A stretch of DNA of 62,870 nucleotides, filler included, from Stramenopiles sp. TOSAG23-2 (GCA_900128395.1; 14 parts of 14 records of this genome joined end to end with filler, not necessarily neighbours in it), one strand, 5' to 3'; shown: positions 1 to 12,791, counted from the whole stretch's first letter. Numbers and translations are program-made. The notes: a model not told the origin generated them from the letters alone.

Positions 1-381
1 CTCTCTTTGATATCTTTCAATTAATAAATAAAGTCTTCTCGCTGGATGTGAAAGTCTAATCTCATTTATACTTCGTCTGCCTTTATAGTCAATACTCAAG
101 GCTTTATCACGTACACGTTCAAAATCATCACATCCAAATGCTTTTCTACATTGTTGTATTAAAGAAGATCGTTTAACATTACATAATGATCGAATATCTA
201 AATATAGAAGTATTTTTGTCATTATACCGCAGGCAGACTCAAAGCCAGCTGGTAAAACTAATATACCAATTTCAATAGGTTCCGCACGTTCTTCTTGTAA
301 CGCTTCGATGGTCGCTGGTTGTAACGATGTACGTTGTCGTTTCGCATGTGGCGGTGCAGTATTCATAGTCATCGATGCCAT
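1..381 (-). CDS. 5' part of an ankyrin-family paralog of 938-1888, truncated at the window/contig edge
   Basis: ATG at 381 opens a frame reading MASMTMNTAPPHAKRQRTSLQPATIEALQEERAEPIEIGILVLPAGFESACGIMTKILLYLDIRSL..., nearly identical to the N-terminus of 938-1888; no stop before position 1. Confidence 0.85.
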   Translation of the reverse strand, partial: MASMTMNTAPPHAKRQRTSLQPATIEALQEERAEPIEIGILVLPAGFESACGIMTKILLYLDIRSLCNVKRSSLIQQCRKAFGCDDFERVRDKALSIDYKGRRSINEIRLSHPARRLYLLIERYQRE

Positions 382-937
382 GGTTATATATATATATATA
401 TGGTTATATATATATATAATATATATATATGTATATATATTTCTATACATTATGTATATCGTATATTACTTTAATTCATTCTTATAGTGTCTTATAAACC
501 ACCCAATTATTCATTTACCAACACAGAGAGAGAGATAAAATAATATAAAAAGAAGTGCTTTTAATTTTTAACAAAACGTTATATATGAATAAAAAGTAAA
601 ATAATATTATATCCTATTTTATACAACCACCATATTCCATTTTATTCATGGCTATTCTACATACTCTACTATCTCGTATTCGATCGTACGTAATATGTTA
701 CCGACGTTCGTACGAGAGATATCAATTTTATTTATAATTTTAAAAAAATCCGTGGTGTTTTTTGCTTTTAACACGGTACTTTGCCAAGGCTTTGAGAGGT
801 TGGAGAGTCATCTATAGCGTCATAGATCTATATATGATACGAACTTCGTATTACGAATTGATATGTGTATGAACATAAGTTCATATGGGGCATAAAATTA
901 TCGTAACAAAAATGTAGGTATGGTGTAAGTGCCATTT

Positions 938-1888
938 TTAATGATTTAAATCACCGTTACCTTTTCCTACAGCGATACCATTTTCATCAAAAGCATTTGC
1001 TTTTCCACCTTTTGAACGTAAAAGTGCAATCATCTCTTGTTTAATTGGACTATCATTACGACCATATGCATAGTCCAGGGGAGTGTATCCCGCCCTGGAC
1101 TTCTTGTTAATATTATCAAGAGTCATATGATCTACTAATAATAGAATCAAACCAGCATTTGCTCTGTTACCCGTTGCTGCTAAATGCAATGCATTCCATC
1201 CAGTACTATTTGCAATATTAGGATCAGCTTCACCTTGTTCAATTAAAAATTGAACTAGTTGGAAATTTTGACTTCCTGCAGCTGCAATTAAAGGTGTCCA
1301 TTCACTACCATGACTATCTTTACCGAGTTGATTCACCATTTCTTTCAATGTCATATTGCCATTGGGAACATTTACTCCACGATTAGTAATATACTGATGA
1401 AAAGGATGAAGATTCACAAATGATTCTACGTCATCCATGCGTCCATATTGACATGCACATACGATAGGTGTTGGTATTATATTCTCATTCTGTGTACAAC
1501 GTGGAAACTCTCTTTTGTATGCCTCAATTAATACATAAAGTCTCAACGCTGGATGAGCAAGTATCAGCTCATTTATACTTCTCCTACCTTTATAACTAAG
1601 ACTTAATGCTATATCACGTACGCGTTCAAAATCTTCTGATCTAAATGCTTTCCTACATTGTTGTATTAAAGAAGATCGTTTAACATTACATAATGATCGA
1701 ATATCTAATTGTAAAAGTATTTTTGTCATTATACCGCAGGCAGACTCAAAGCCAGCTGGTAAAACTAATATACCAATTTCAATAGGTTCCGCACGTTCTT
1801 CTTGTAACGCTTCGATGGTTGCTGGTTGTAACGACGTGCGTTGTCGTTTCGCATGTGGTGGTGGTGTATTCGTAGTAAGTGATGCCAT
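938..1888 (-). CDS. Ankyrin-repeat protein with a possible N-terminal F-box-like segment
   Basis: Ankyrin motifs TPIVCACQYG, WTPLIAAAGSQNFQLVQFLI, GWNALHLAA, GYTPLDYA; segment LPAGFESACGIMTKILLQLDIRSLCNV loosely resembles an F-box (weak). Confidence 0.85.
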   Translation of the reverse strand: MASLTTNTPPPHAKRQRTSLQPATIEALQEERAEPIEIGILVLPAGFESACGIMTKILLQLDIRSLCNVKRSSLIQQCRKAFRSEDFERVRDIALSLSYKGRRSINELILAHPALRLYVLIEAYKREFPRCTQNENIIPTPIVCACQYGRMDDVESFVNLHPFHQYITNRGVNVPNGNMTLKEMVNQLGKDSHGSEWTPLIAAAGSQNFQLVQFLIEQGEADPNIANSTGWNALHLAATGNRANAGLILLLVDHMTLDNINKKSRAGYTPLDYAYGRNDSPIKQEMIALLRSKGGKANAFDENGIAVGKGNGDLNH

Positions 1889-2234
1889 GTTGTGTATGGG
1901 TATATATATGTATGTATATATATATATATATATTTCTATTTCTCTTCAACATTTTCTTCTATATATTTATATTTGATATTTATATTCATTCATTCTTAGT
2001 TCATTCAACATTAAATTGATGGAAAAAAAGACAAAAAAAATTATTTTATGAGTAAAGATCCTATAGAAGAGTGTAGATAGAGATTGAAAGAGAGTCACAC
2101 ACATCAATGATAAACACTACGACGTATATATATATATAGAATATATTTTAAACAACATGTACACGCAAAGAATGAACATATACATCTAGACACACAACGC
2201 ACTCTTTCTTTTTTACTAAATCTCTTTTTCTGTT

Positions 2235-2337
2235 TCAATCATTTAAATCACCATTACCTCTTCCTACAAATCTACCATTTTCATCATAATAATTTGCTTT
2301 TCCACCTTTTAAACGTAAAAGTGCAATGATCTCTTTT
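2235..2337 (-). pseudogene. Isolated 3' fragment of the ankyrin gene family
   Basis: Translates KEIIALLRLKGGKANYYDENGRFVGRGNGDLND*, matching the C-terminus of 938-1888; no upstream coding sequence. Confidence 0.8.
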
Positions 2338-2489
2338 AACAACACATGCGCACAATCTCTCTCTGCGTGTCTTTAAACACTATAATATATATATATATTA
2401 CACACTATTTTTCCTTTTCTATAAATATATATATATATCACATACTTCTCATCATATATATATATGAGTAAGAGAACATTTTATATATA

Positions 2490-4662
2490 TCACGAATTAT
2501 CAATAATTTTCTTTGTCAGTTCTACATCTGATATTCTCGTATTATTATTATTTTTAACATCAATTGTCGTACTACTATTATTGTTCTTATTACGATTAGA
2601 AGATCCACCACCACCTGATGTTGTTGATGGTGATATATTACTCCAACTATTTTTATTACGAGCTGATGATGACTTACCATTATCACCATCATCATCCTTC
2701 TTATTCTTATTCTTATTCAATAAATGTGGTGGTACATAATCATTTGGTGCACTTTTAAATCGTTGCATTGCTTTTTTTTTAGCTAATTTAATTTCTTCTA
2801 CACTTGATGTACGTCTACGTTGATAATCACTATCGATTTCTTCCAACATATCTTTAATATCACGATATGTTAATTTTGCAGCAGTCTGTTTCGACATACG
2901 ATCTAATGTTTGGTTTAATATAGAAAAATCAGGCATTTCCTTGATTTTCATTGATGTGTAAACACCACGTAAACGTAAACATTTACTCATTAAATTTTCA
3001 ACAATTAAATTCGATACAGATAATAATGCCAAGGCAGATGTTAATTGTATTAATAATATTGCTGGATCAAAACTAATGTCTTTACCATCAACTGATGCTA
3101 ATATATTCACACCACGATATACGTATCGATCACGTTTACCATTTTTTCTGTCATGTATGACTTCCTCCCATTCTGTTTTACTACCAGCTATGATATCTAC
3201 TTCATATTCGTAATGCCATGGTGTAATAAATCCAGAATTATTTGCATTGTTTGTATAATATACTTTTAATTCAATTGTCATACCAGTATAACGTTGTGGA
3301 TCTTTCGTGCCTTTACGAATTGGTTTATCCAATGGACTAAATGTAGGTATTGATGAGATATCATCATTTTGTTCACCGGCTTTTAAAATCATACCAACAT
3401 CAAAAATATCATACCCACATTCATCTTGATCACCTTGGATACAATTATATGTTTGTTTTGGATGTATATCACAATAAAATGTATCATCCCCTCTCTTTGT
3501 TTCATACATATGTGTCAATTCTGTATTTGGACCGTAAATTTCTGCACATAATGCTTTATTTTTTGATTTTAATACACCAGTATTAATATTACGTGAATCA
3601 ATGTTGTTCTGTGTGTGCGTGTGTGTATGTGTGTGTATGAAATATATATATAAATGAGTGAATGTTTGCTTGTTAGTATATCTATTAGTAGATGGTAGTA
3701 ATATTATATATAATTCAATCGAATACGTTCATTATCTATGTCGAATTGATCTATATGTATATATATATATATGTTTACACTTACTTTACTTATGGAATGT
3801 TGTAATAAAATTGTAAAGTCTTCAATATTAATCGTATAAACTTTTTCACCACTTGTTGATTCGTTGTTTGCTTGTTAGTATATCTATTAGTAGATGGTAG
3901 TAATATTATATATAATTCAATCGAATACGTTCATTATCTATGTCGAATTGATCTATATGGATATATATATATATGTTTACACTTACTTTACTTATGGAAT
4001 GTTGTAATAAAATTGTAAAGTCTTCAATATTAATCGTATAAACTTTTTCACCACTTGTTGATTCATTTTTTTTCCATAAATTTTGTCCTTGACATATTTT
4101 ATTTGTATCATTGCATACATAATAATCTTGTTCATGTAAATATCTAGTAGCAATTTTTGCATTATTTGGCGATACAAAGGTTGCATCATTTGCATCAAAT
4201 GCTTGACAAGATAATTTTCTCATGTCCATTGAATCCATATTATATGGTAAAGTACTTTGTTTACAATAATTTAAAAGATTAAAATCAGTAAAATCATCAT
4301 AACATACACCATCTTGTTGTCCAGCACAGCTGTATGTATATATATATATGTGCGTGTGTGTGTGTGTTTTGTTAGTATATTAGATAAGATATACGTCTAT
4401 ATAGAATTACATACTCTTTAATACCTTGTGCATTTATTTTTGGTTGTAATGGAGATAAACGTACAACACCTGTAGGAATGACAGTTTTTGCCCATCCTTT
4501 TTGTAAAAATACATTATTAACAACAATCCATATAAATGCTAAAATTTGAAAAAATAATTTTGCTAAGCCTAGTTTTCGATCTTTAATTTTAACAACGGCA
4601 GGTGTTGCATATGCAAATACTTCATCGGAATCTTTTCCACAAAATGTTTCACCAATGCACAT
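2490..4662 (-). CDS. P2X receptor-like cation channel; three exons 4662-4415, 4329-3987, 3608-2490 (about 569 aa)
   Basis: N-terminal YATPAVVKIKDRKLG (P2X YxT...I.d..lG motif) followed by TM1; Cys-containing ectodomain with NIEDFTILLQHSI (cf. AENFT..IKN.I); RDRYVYRGVNILASVDG before TM2 FDPAILLIQLTSALALLSVSNLIVENLM; C-terminal YTSMK (YxxxK); GT-AG splice sites join the exons in frame. Confidence 0.85.
3663..4064. repeat. About 200-bp near-exact tandem duplication covering the P2X exon 2 end and donor site, probably an assembly artefact
   Basis: 3663-3862 repeated at 3865-4064. Confidence 0.8.
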
Positions 4663-4672
4663 TTTGTCTGTT

Positions 4673-4772
4673 NNNNNNNNNNNNNNNNNNNNNNNNNNNN
4701 NNNNNNNNNNNNNNNNTTAATTAATTAANNNNNNNNNNNNNNNNNNNNNNNNNNNNNNNNNNNNNNNNNNNN
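4673..4772. other. Artificial contig linker N44-TTAATTAATTAA-N44 (first of 13)
   Basis: Same 100-nt linker at 4673, 9443, 14206, 18968, 23721, 28472, 33218, 37963, 42697, 47417, 52136, 56851 and 61566; the core gives stops in all six frames; intervening contigs fall from 4670 to 4615 bp. Confidence 0.98.
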
Positions 4773-5033
4773 GAAGGATGTGTGGTAGTATATTCAGTTT
4801 GACATGTGAGAAAAGTTTAAAATTGAAAATATTTTTTTGAGGGGTGTCGTATTAAAAAAGACTTATTGTGTGTGTCTCAAAAAAAGTTAGTATTTTTAAA
4901 CTCCGTGTATAACTCTAAATCACATGTATACATGGTACCAAATACGAACACCGTGTATTATTTTTTTAAAAAATAAGAATCTCTCCCATTTTACAGAACA
5001 CACACCTTGCTCACACTGTGGGGGGTGTATCTT

Positions 5034-5631
5034 TCATATTTGTTTTACACCATTACATGGGATACGAAGTATATGTCCACACGTACACCACATCGTTTTG
5101 TCAACTAATTGAGAACCATCTTGAGATGGCCATGGTGTATATGAATGTACATGGTAATGTTGTTTTAACAATAACAATCGCGTTGCGGATGCTTCGGGTT
5201 CATTTATCAAAGCGTCTGATACAAGCCCATCTATTTCTTGTAACGAAGCAGTCAATACATGTTCAATATTATTATTGTTATTTTGTGGTGTACTACCAGT
5301 ATTTGATGTACCATTACTATTAGTATCAAGTCTCCTTCTCTTTTTCTTTGAATGACTTCCATCATCATCATCATAATCGTCTTTCCCATTATTTAAATCT
5401 ACTTCTGAATTTGTTGTTGTAGTAGTAGTAGTAGTAGTACTAGTAGTATTATCATTAATAATATTATTTCTCTTTTTCTTTTTCTTCTTTAATAATACAG
5501 AACCATTAGACTTCTTCTTCCTTTGTTGTATAGTAGCATTTATAGCTTCTATTGTTTGTTTCTTCTTTTGTTTTTCTTCGATATTTTTCGCTAATCGCGA
5601 TCCACTTGTACGTCTACTATTGCTACTATTG

Positions 5632-5670
<39 letters not shown>

Positions 5671-6293
5671 TTAATAGTTGATAATAAAGGTGATGAATTT
5701 GTGTTATTATTATTCTTAATATTATTATTATTACCACCATTATTAATACTATTATTATTATTAGATGACATATTTAATGGGGTACTGACTGGTGTACGAA
5801 TTGATATACCATTTTTGTTGTTCCTATTGTTGATGATGTTATTGCTGGTACTACCAGGAGATTGAATTGTTTTATTCATTAATTTATTATATTTTGAAAA
5901 ATCCAATCTTGAATCATTGTCTTCTAATAATTTTTTTTTGACAATTAAAATATGCCATGAATGTGCTTCTGTTGTTGATGTTCCACCATTTGAATAACTG
6001 GTCGCTTTTTTAGTAATAGTTGTTTGTTCTTTATATACTAAACCATTGTCAACAATTTTTGTATGAAATGATGGTTTTTGTGTACTGCAATTATACGAAA
6101 ATGCAACAACGCGATCTTCATTTTCCATATCAGAAATCGCGTCATTAATACTTCGTTTTCCATTTGCATGTTTAAGAGCTATTTTATGATTAATACACAT
6201 GGTATATTCATACATATGAATATCTTTTTTATTTTTCGCAGTAATTGAATTAATACCACGTCTTACTCCTGCATTGTTTAATACCATTGCCAT
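5034..6293 (-). CDS. Hypothetical low-complexity Asn/Ser/Lys-rich protein, possibly nuclear
   Basis: 419-aa ORF with poly-N/S/T tracts and basic clusters (KKKKKKR, KKKRRR); no recognisable domain. Confidence 0.6.
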
Positions 6294-6977
6294 GGTGTTT
6301 ATTGTAGGTGTTATTTTGTGAATTAATATATATATCTGTTAAGCAGTAATAATACTTTTTTCTATCTGTTATTAGGATATTTAAATGGATGTCTCTTTGT
6401 CTCTATCTATCTATCTATCTTCTATCTGTATTCATATCTATAATCTATTCATATATATATTATTATATATATCTTTTTTCTGATTATTATATTATTTGTA
6501 GCTCTCCTTAGCGTCGTGTGTTCCGACTATTATATTTGTAACCCCTGACGTAACACTAACCCTTACTCGTAACTCTTATACAGAGTAAGATGGTATTCTA
6601 ATATCGCTTTCAAGTATAGATTATTTGTCATTTGATAGGTAGATAAATCAGCAAAATTACATGAAATTGAAAAAAACAAAAAAACATCGTTTGAAAAATG
6701 TAAAAATGGCTGTGTTGTTTATATTACAGCTGATGAAAGGGCAACAGCAATATTATTTAGCATGGAAATACGATTGGAGTAGTATTTGCGAATTTTAGAA
6801 ATCGAAATTACTACAAACAAGTTGCACAAATATATATAAGAGAGATACATACAGTACATCGAAAGAGATACATCGTTATATTCTATAAGAAGAATACAAA
6901 AGAATATTAATATAGAGACATAGACATATTATCAATATATATATATATATATTAGAAAACAAAAAAAAATACAAACC

Positions 6978-9213
6978 ATGCAACGACCTAGAAGTGCTGG
7001 ACCAACTAGACGAAGAAGACGAAATAATAATAATAACAATCAACAAAAAAAACAACCATTTTCAATAGTCAATAATAACGGTTATAGTAATAATAATAAG
7101 AATAATCCAAAACAAAAAATATCAACAACAACTAATAATAATAATAATAGACGTAGAAGACCAAAATCTGCACAACCATATAAAAAAAATACATTATTAC
7201 AAATACAATCCAAAGGATATGGTGAAAAAAAACGTGGTCCAAGTGTTGTACAATTAAGTGGACCTTTACAACAACATTGGTCAACACAAATAGATTTAGC
7301 AAATAAAAATTTAAAACGTAGAAAAGCACAAGAAGCTATGGAAAAAGAACGTTTAGAAAGGGAAGATGAATTAACAGATGATTCTACTATATCAGAAGAA
7401 TCAAAAATAAGGCGCGATGAAAGACGCGAAGAAAGAAGAAAACAACGTGAAGAAGAAGAACGTAATGGTGAAAATCCAACAAATCAAACCGATAGAGAAC
7501 GTTTAAATAAAATATCACATATTCATGCAACACGTCAAAAAATGTTTAATAATAACAGCAACAATAGATCAAATAATAATAATATACGACGACGTCAACG
7601 TCCACATAGTGCAATTGGTACAAGGAATAGAAATAATAATACGAATCGTGAGACAGCATTACGTCCTGTACGTAGTACACATAATTTAGGTAATGGTAGA
7701 CAACGTCCACAAAGTGCATTAGCACGTATGCGTAATCCACATGCTTCGTAAGTATAAAATCATGGTATATAAATATATATACAATCAATCATACAAATAA
7801 TAATACTAACAAACCAACAATATATATATATATATACACACATATAGCGCACCACAACTAGATGCGCCTGACAATTTATTTCGTACATTACGCCCAAATA
7901 TACCAGCAGATACAGTGGATCAAATGAAAGAGGAACATTATACACAAGTACGTGATTTAAAAAGTAAAATTTTTCAATTAGAACGTGAACGTGATGAAGC
8001 AAATATACGTGTGAAAGAAATTGAAGTGAAATGGCAAGATGAAAAAGCGGATAAACAAAGTTTATTATATAATATACATTTATTGCGTAAACGTTTGCAA
8101 TTATTAACTGCACGTGAAATTGAAAATCAACGTCAATTACGTACATTTACTAAATTACAACCGTTATTTAAAACATTGCAAGAAAAATTTAATTTTGGTA
8201 GTGCAGAAGAAGTTGTACAACGATTTCAAATATTAGAAGATGCAGAAACTGGACATTATCATAAAATTGCTAGTATGGATGATCAACGAAGAAATTTAGA
8301 ACAAAAAGTTGCTGAAATATCTAAATTACGCAGTGATGAAGTTGCTGCTTTAAATACGGAAATATACCAAGGTACGGATAAATTAGAACGCGATTTAGCA
8401 CAATTACAACGTGAATTAACCAGTGCAAAAAGTGATGTAAAGAAAATGGAAAATTATCGTGATAAATATATTCAATTAGATCAAATGGTGAAACAATTAT
8501 ATTTAGATTCATGTGAAAATACAGGTTTAGTAAATGTGAAAAAATTAAAAAATGAAAAGAAAAAAAACAATACATTTATGACAGAAAATGCAGCAGATAG
8601 TAATGATACAAATGTAGAGGATGAACATCCAAATTTTAATAAACCAGAAGAAATTGTCAATGCATTACGTTCGGTAAGTTTTTTTATTTTCTTGGTATTT
8701 ATCTCTTTTAATATATATATATATACTGACACCATATATTCATAACAACATGATTATATTATATTATATATATATACACTACAGTTATATTATTGTTCTG
8801 GACCAACACGTGCTGGAAAAATGTTAAGAGATTTAATTGTATATGTAAATCGTATGTATAAACATCATATTGTACGTGATAGTGGCGAATATTATGAACC
8901 AGGAGATACATATGATATGGAAACAGCAAGAACATCAACAACCGATGATGAAGGAAAGAAAGAAGGTGATGATGGTGGTAGTACAAAACAACAAGATGAA
9001 GGTGATGGAAAAGCAAAAACAATTGAAGATTTACGTTTTAAACCAGCTGAAATATTAGAACATATTAGTTTATTAATTGATAAAAAAGCATTGTTGGAGA
9101 AAAATTTAAGAAATCGTATGAAACGTGCTGTAGCCGATTCAAAAAAAGCCAAAGAAGATAAAGAAAAAGCATTTAGAGCGTTGCGTAAAAATCAAATACA
9201 TATTGATGTGTGA
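6978..9213 (+). CDS. Coiled-coil protein, possibly ciliary; exons 6978-7747, 7848-8673, 8785-9213
   Basis: GTAAGT donors at 7748 and 8674, AG acceptors at 7847 and 8784 join three ORFs in frame; disordered N-terminus with repeated RPxSA motifs; long heptad region. Confidence 0.75.
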
Positions 9214-9637
9214 GAGGAGGGAGAGGAGATGTGTGCGAGAGTTAAAAATAATATATCATCACGAATAAAATATAATACGGTTCGTATCAATATTCCAATA
9301 CTGTGTAGTGTTCTTTTTATTACAAAAAAAATACTTTAATAAAAAACACCACCACTTCATCTCCTCATCTCTCATCTCTCTCACACTTCACACTATTAAC
9401 TATTCTCCTCAAAACGTGTAAATTTTTGTTGCAAATGTTGTANNNNNNNNNNNNNNNNNNNNNNNNNNNNNNNNNNNNNNNNNNNNTTAATTAATTAANN
9501 NNNNNNNNNNNNNNNNNNNNNNNNNNNNNNNNNNNNNNNNNNAAGAGAAAAAAAATAATTATACAAACAATATATATATATATATATATATATCAATCTA
9601 CGCGTAAATATATGATTATTATTTGAACGAAAGAAAT

Positions 9638-12565
9638 ATGCATTGTCTTGTCTATGTAATTACCATTTTTTCTATTGGTATTATTGTTTCATTTGCTGCA
9701 GATAATTCCATACATCAACATTTTAAATTTTTACCAAAAGAAAAAAATTATGAATTCATCGACTTTAAAGTTTCCAAAGAAGAGGAGAAAAAAGCTGAAA
9801 GTATGTATAGCAAAACAATAAATGGATTGTATAAATTTGACAATCCGAAAGATGATCACAAAGCTGCTGGTAAATTTTTTGATAAGCGTAAACTACATGC
9901 ATTTTCTATACGTGCTTTTCAAGCTGCTGTTCAATATGTGGATAATTCAATATCATGGAATGATTTAGGTGTTGCATTTTTAAGAGCACAGAAAAGTGTA
10001 GAAGCACGTCAAGCATTTGAGCGCGCGATTTGGTTGGATAAAGATAATGATGATGCACATGATAATTTATATTCATTACTTGATGCAATTCGTAAATTTA
10101 ATAATTCTCAAAATATTGGGAGAACTAAATATATTAAAAAACATGTGCGTGTAAATGATGAATATTATAATAAAAAGCAACAAAAAAAAGAAGAAGATTT
10201 GCAAACAAGTATTGCTATTAATTCTACTGAAGAATTTTTTAAATTTATATCTTCGGATAAATTTCGTGTGAATTATTTCGAAAGATATCCCATTTTACTT
10301 CATTCCCCACCGGAAACATTTGAATGGACACACTCTTTAGAACGAGTGTTAGATGATTGGTATAAAATTGGTAATGGTGGATATACACCACCTTTTCGAA
10401 ATATTAATTTTTTAAAAGGAAGTTTAATCAAACGTAATGGTGAAAAAGGACTTCCACTTGGTTGGGGTTTGCGATCTGGGATGATAAAAGCATTACGAAT
10501 GAATTATTCTTTACAACTATTACATGCAGAGCATTGGGTTCGATCTCTTTGTCGATTTGTATTGGCAATTATTGAATCAACACAATCAGTAAGCTCAACA
10601 AATATATATATAACACCTCCAGGTCGTCAAGTTGCTACGCCACCCCATGTTGATTTTACAGGTAGTTGGATGGTACAATTAAATGGTAGAAAAAAATGGA
10701 AATTATGGGCAAAAGAAGATGTTTTATTGCCAGTATATAAACGTCATATTATTGGCAGGGATGAAGATGATAATATTCATGAAGATATGTTAGGCAAACC
10801 TACTATGGAAGTTGTTTTAAATCCTGGTGATTTATTATGGGTACCACGTGGTTGTATACATTCTACATCAACAGAAAGTAATCTTTGGGAAACAAATGAA
10901 GAGGACGTTAACATGAAAAACAACAACAAAAAAGATAATAATAATGAACATATGAGTGAGGAAGAGCTTTTAAGAAAAACTTCAATGCATTTAACGACTC
11001 ACATGGCAAGGTTGCATGATTTTGGCGGTATGGAACAAATTGTATTAACCGCTTTAAATGGAAATGAAAATTCTTTATTTGAAAGTAGATGGACAGATAC
11101 ATTGCATGAAATGTTGGAGGAGGATATTGAATATAGGCGTGGTATTAATTTTTACGAGAAGAATTGGAAAGATAATATTCGGGAAAAAATGCATAATGTT
11201 GTTGATCGAATGTTGGATCGTACGGATTATTTAGATGTAATACGAAAACAATCAACTTTATCCATCTCTCGTCGTTTTAATATAATGAAAGATCGTTTAA
11301 AATTAAATTTTAAAGATAATATTATCAAAACGGGAAAAGTTCCAGGTGATGCGATACCAGAAAATATGTTGTTAGGAAACGATGCGAAGACGAATAATAA
11401 TATGAAATTTGTAAATGAAAGTATTGGAATAGAAAAATACAATGAAGATCCTCTTGGCCCAACATTAAAGGATACATGGGATATTTTTGATGCCCCGCTA
11501 GCACCACATTTATGCAAAGGTAAAAAATGGTTAAAAACGATGCTTCCAAATAAAAAGAAAAATGATGAACATGAATCGATAGATATTAATTATATTGGTT
11601 CAGAAGTCTTACCAAAAATATATGGACCAAATTCACCTGATACTTTGCAAGAGAAAGAGAAATTGCAGTTTACCTGTGTTTTTGCTTCGAAACCAGGTGC
11701 ATGTAAAAATGTAAAACAAACATTCAAAAGTACTGATGGATCATCAACATCTGGAACAGCTATTATATTGCTGCAATATAAACGTCTACATCATTTGGAT
11801 AGTATTCTTAATGATTTGCATATGCAAGAAGGACTGAGTGGTGGTTTTGATTTATATATCATGAATAATAATGTTAAACTTTCAAAACGTTGTAAATTAG
11901 AATATGAAATACAAAAATTTTTAAAAGTCGTCGTAAAAAATCAAAAACAACAAAAAAAGAAGAAACAAAAAAATTTTATTCGTACAATTTGGACCCATCA
12001 TAGTCCAATCAATATTGGACCAAAAATATCAATGATTGGTGCAAATAGTCTTTCAAATTATTATGACCAATTTATATTTCTTGATGATGATGTGAAGTCC
12101 CCTCGAAACATGGTAAAGAATATGGTAGCTGATAGTAAATTATATCCAAAAGATATGTTTTCTACGTGGGCATTAATATTTTTAGATCTTGAAAGTTATT
12201 GGAATCGGGATGGATCTAAAAAAAATCATGAAATTATTCAATATTGTGGTACAGCACAAGCATTGATACCTGCTAGAGTATTTCGAACATCAACATTTTT
12301 AAATACTTTTTTTAATATGTTTCCAGCTCGTTACCGTGCAATTTCAGATGTATGGTTAAATGCATATGTGACAGATATATATGGTGGGAAATTAAGACGA
12401 GCTTCACTTGAAGAACATTCAAGTTTAGATTCATTAGCAAAAAAAGATGTTGCATTGTCTACACGTCCAGGGATGCGACCATTAAAAACAGAATTTTTAC
12501 AATTTATTGCGACACGATCGATTGATAGTGCGTTGCAAAAATATTTTCAAACTAAGGAAGTGTAG
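9638..12565 (+). CDS. Secreted TPR + JmjC (NO66/MINA/cupin_4-type) 2OG oxygenase + GT-A glycosyltransferase fusion
   Basis: Signal peptide MHCLVYVITIFSIGIIVSFA; TPR WNDLGVAFLRAQKSVEARQAFERAIWLD; JmjC NIYITPP...PPHVD...QLNGRKKWKLW...LNPGDLLWVPRGCIHST (HxD...H, 2OG Lys); C-terminal AIILLQYKR...YIMNN...FIFLDDD GT-A signature. Confidence 0.8.
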   Translation: MHCLVYVITIFSIGIIVSFAADNSIHQHFKFLPKEKNYEFIDFKVSKEEEKKAESMYSKTINGLYKFDNPKDDHKAAGKFFDKRKLHAFSIRAFQAAVQYVDNSISWNDLGVAFLRAQKSVEARQAFERAIWLDKDNDDAHDNLYSLLDAIRKFNNSQNIGRTKYIKKHVRVNDEYYNKKQQKKEEDLQTSIAINSTEEFFKFISSDKFRVNYFERYPILLHSPPETFEWTHSLERVLDDWYKIGNGGYTPPFRNINFLKGSLIKRNGEKGLPLGWGLRSGMIKALRMNYSLQLLHAEHWVRSLCRFVLAIIESTQSVSSTNIYITPPGRQVATPPHVDFTGSWMVQLNGRKKWKLWAKEDVLLPVYKRHIIGRDEDDNIHEDMLGKPTMEVVLNPGDLLWVPRGCIHSTSTESNLWETNEEDVNMKNNNKKDNNNEHMSEEELLRKTSMHLTTHMARLHDFGGMEQIVLTALNGNENSLFESRWTDTLHEMLEEDIEYRRGINFYEKNWKDNIREKMHNVVDRMLDRTDYLDVIRKQSTLSISRRFNIMKDRLKLNFKDNIIKTGKVPGDAIPENMLLGNDAKTNNNMKFVNESIGIEKYNEDPLGPTLKDTWDIFDAPLAPHLCKGKKWLKTMLPNKKKNDEHESIDINYIGSEVLPKIYGPNSPDTLQEKEKLQFTCVFASKPGACKNVKQTFKSTDGSSTSGTAIILLQYKRLHHLDSILNDLHMQEGLSGGFDLYIMNNNVKLSKRCKLEYEIQKFLKVVVKNQKQQKKKKQKNFIRTIWTHHSPINIGPKISMIGANSLSNYYDQFIFLDDDVKSPRNMVKNMVADSKLYPKDMFSTWALIFLDLESYWNRDGSKKNHEIIQYCGTAQALIPARVFRTSTFLNTFFNMFPARYRAISDVWLNAYVTDIYGGKLRRASLEEHSSLDSLAKKDVALSTRPGMRPLKTEFLQFIATRSIDSALQKYFQTKEV

Positions 12566-12791
12566 CATGTGGGAGAAAGGGGGGGAATTGGGGAGTGTGA
12601 GTTTTGCATGTGAAATGTACTCGTAAAAAATATATTTTCTCTTTTTGAATAAAATACGCTTCGTATGATATCATATCATATCATATCATATTTTTTAATA
12701 CTCTTTAAATACCCCCACATAAAAAAATAAACTAGACACTGATTTGTCTCTTCTTCTTCTACAAGTCACACTTAACAATAAGAGTGTGTCT

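Noticed and set aside
3663-3862. Alternative or duplicated P2X exon
   Set aside because: Near-exact copy of an exon end plus intron with no acceptor of its own; same pattern as the other local duplications
6539-6575. Telomere-like TAACCC motifs in a divergent promoter
   Set aside because: Only two degenerate copies; too weak to call
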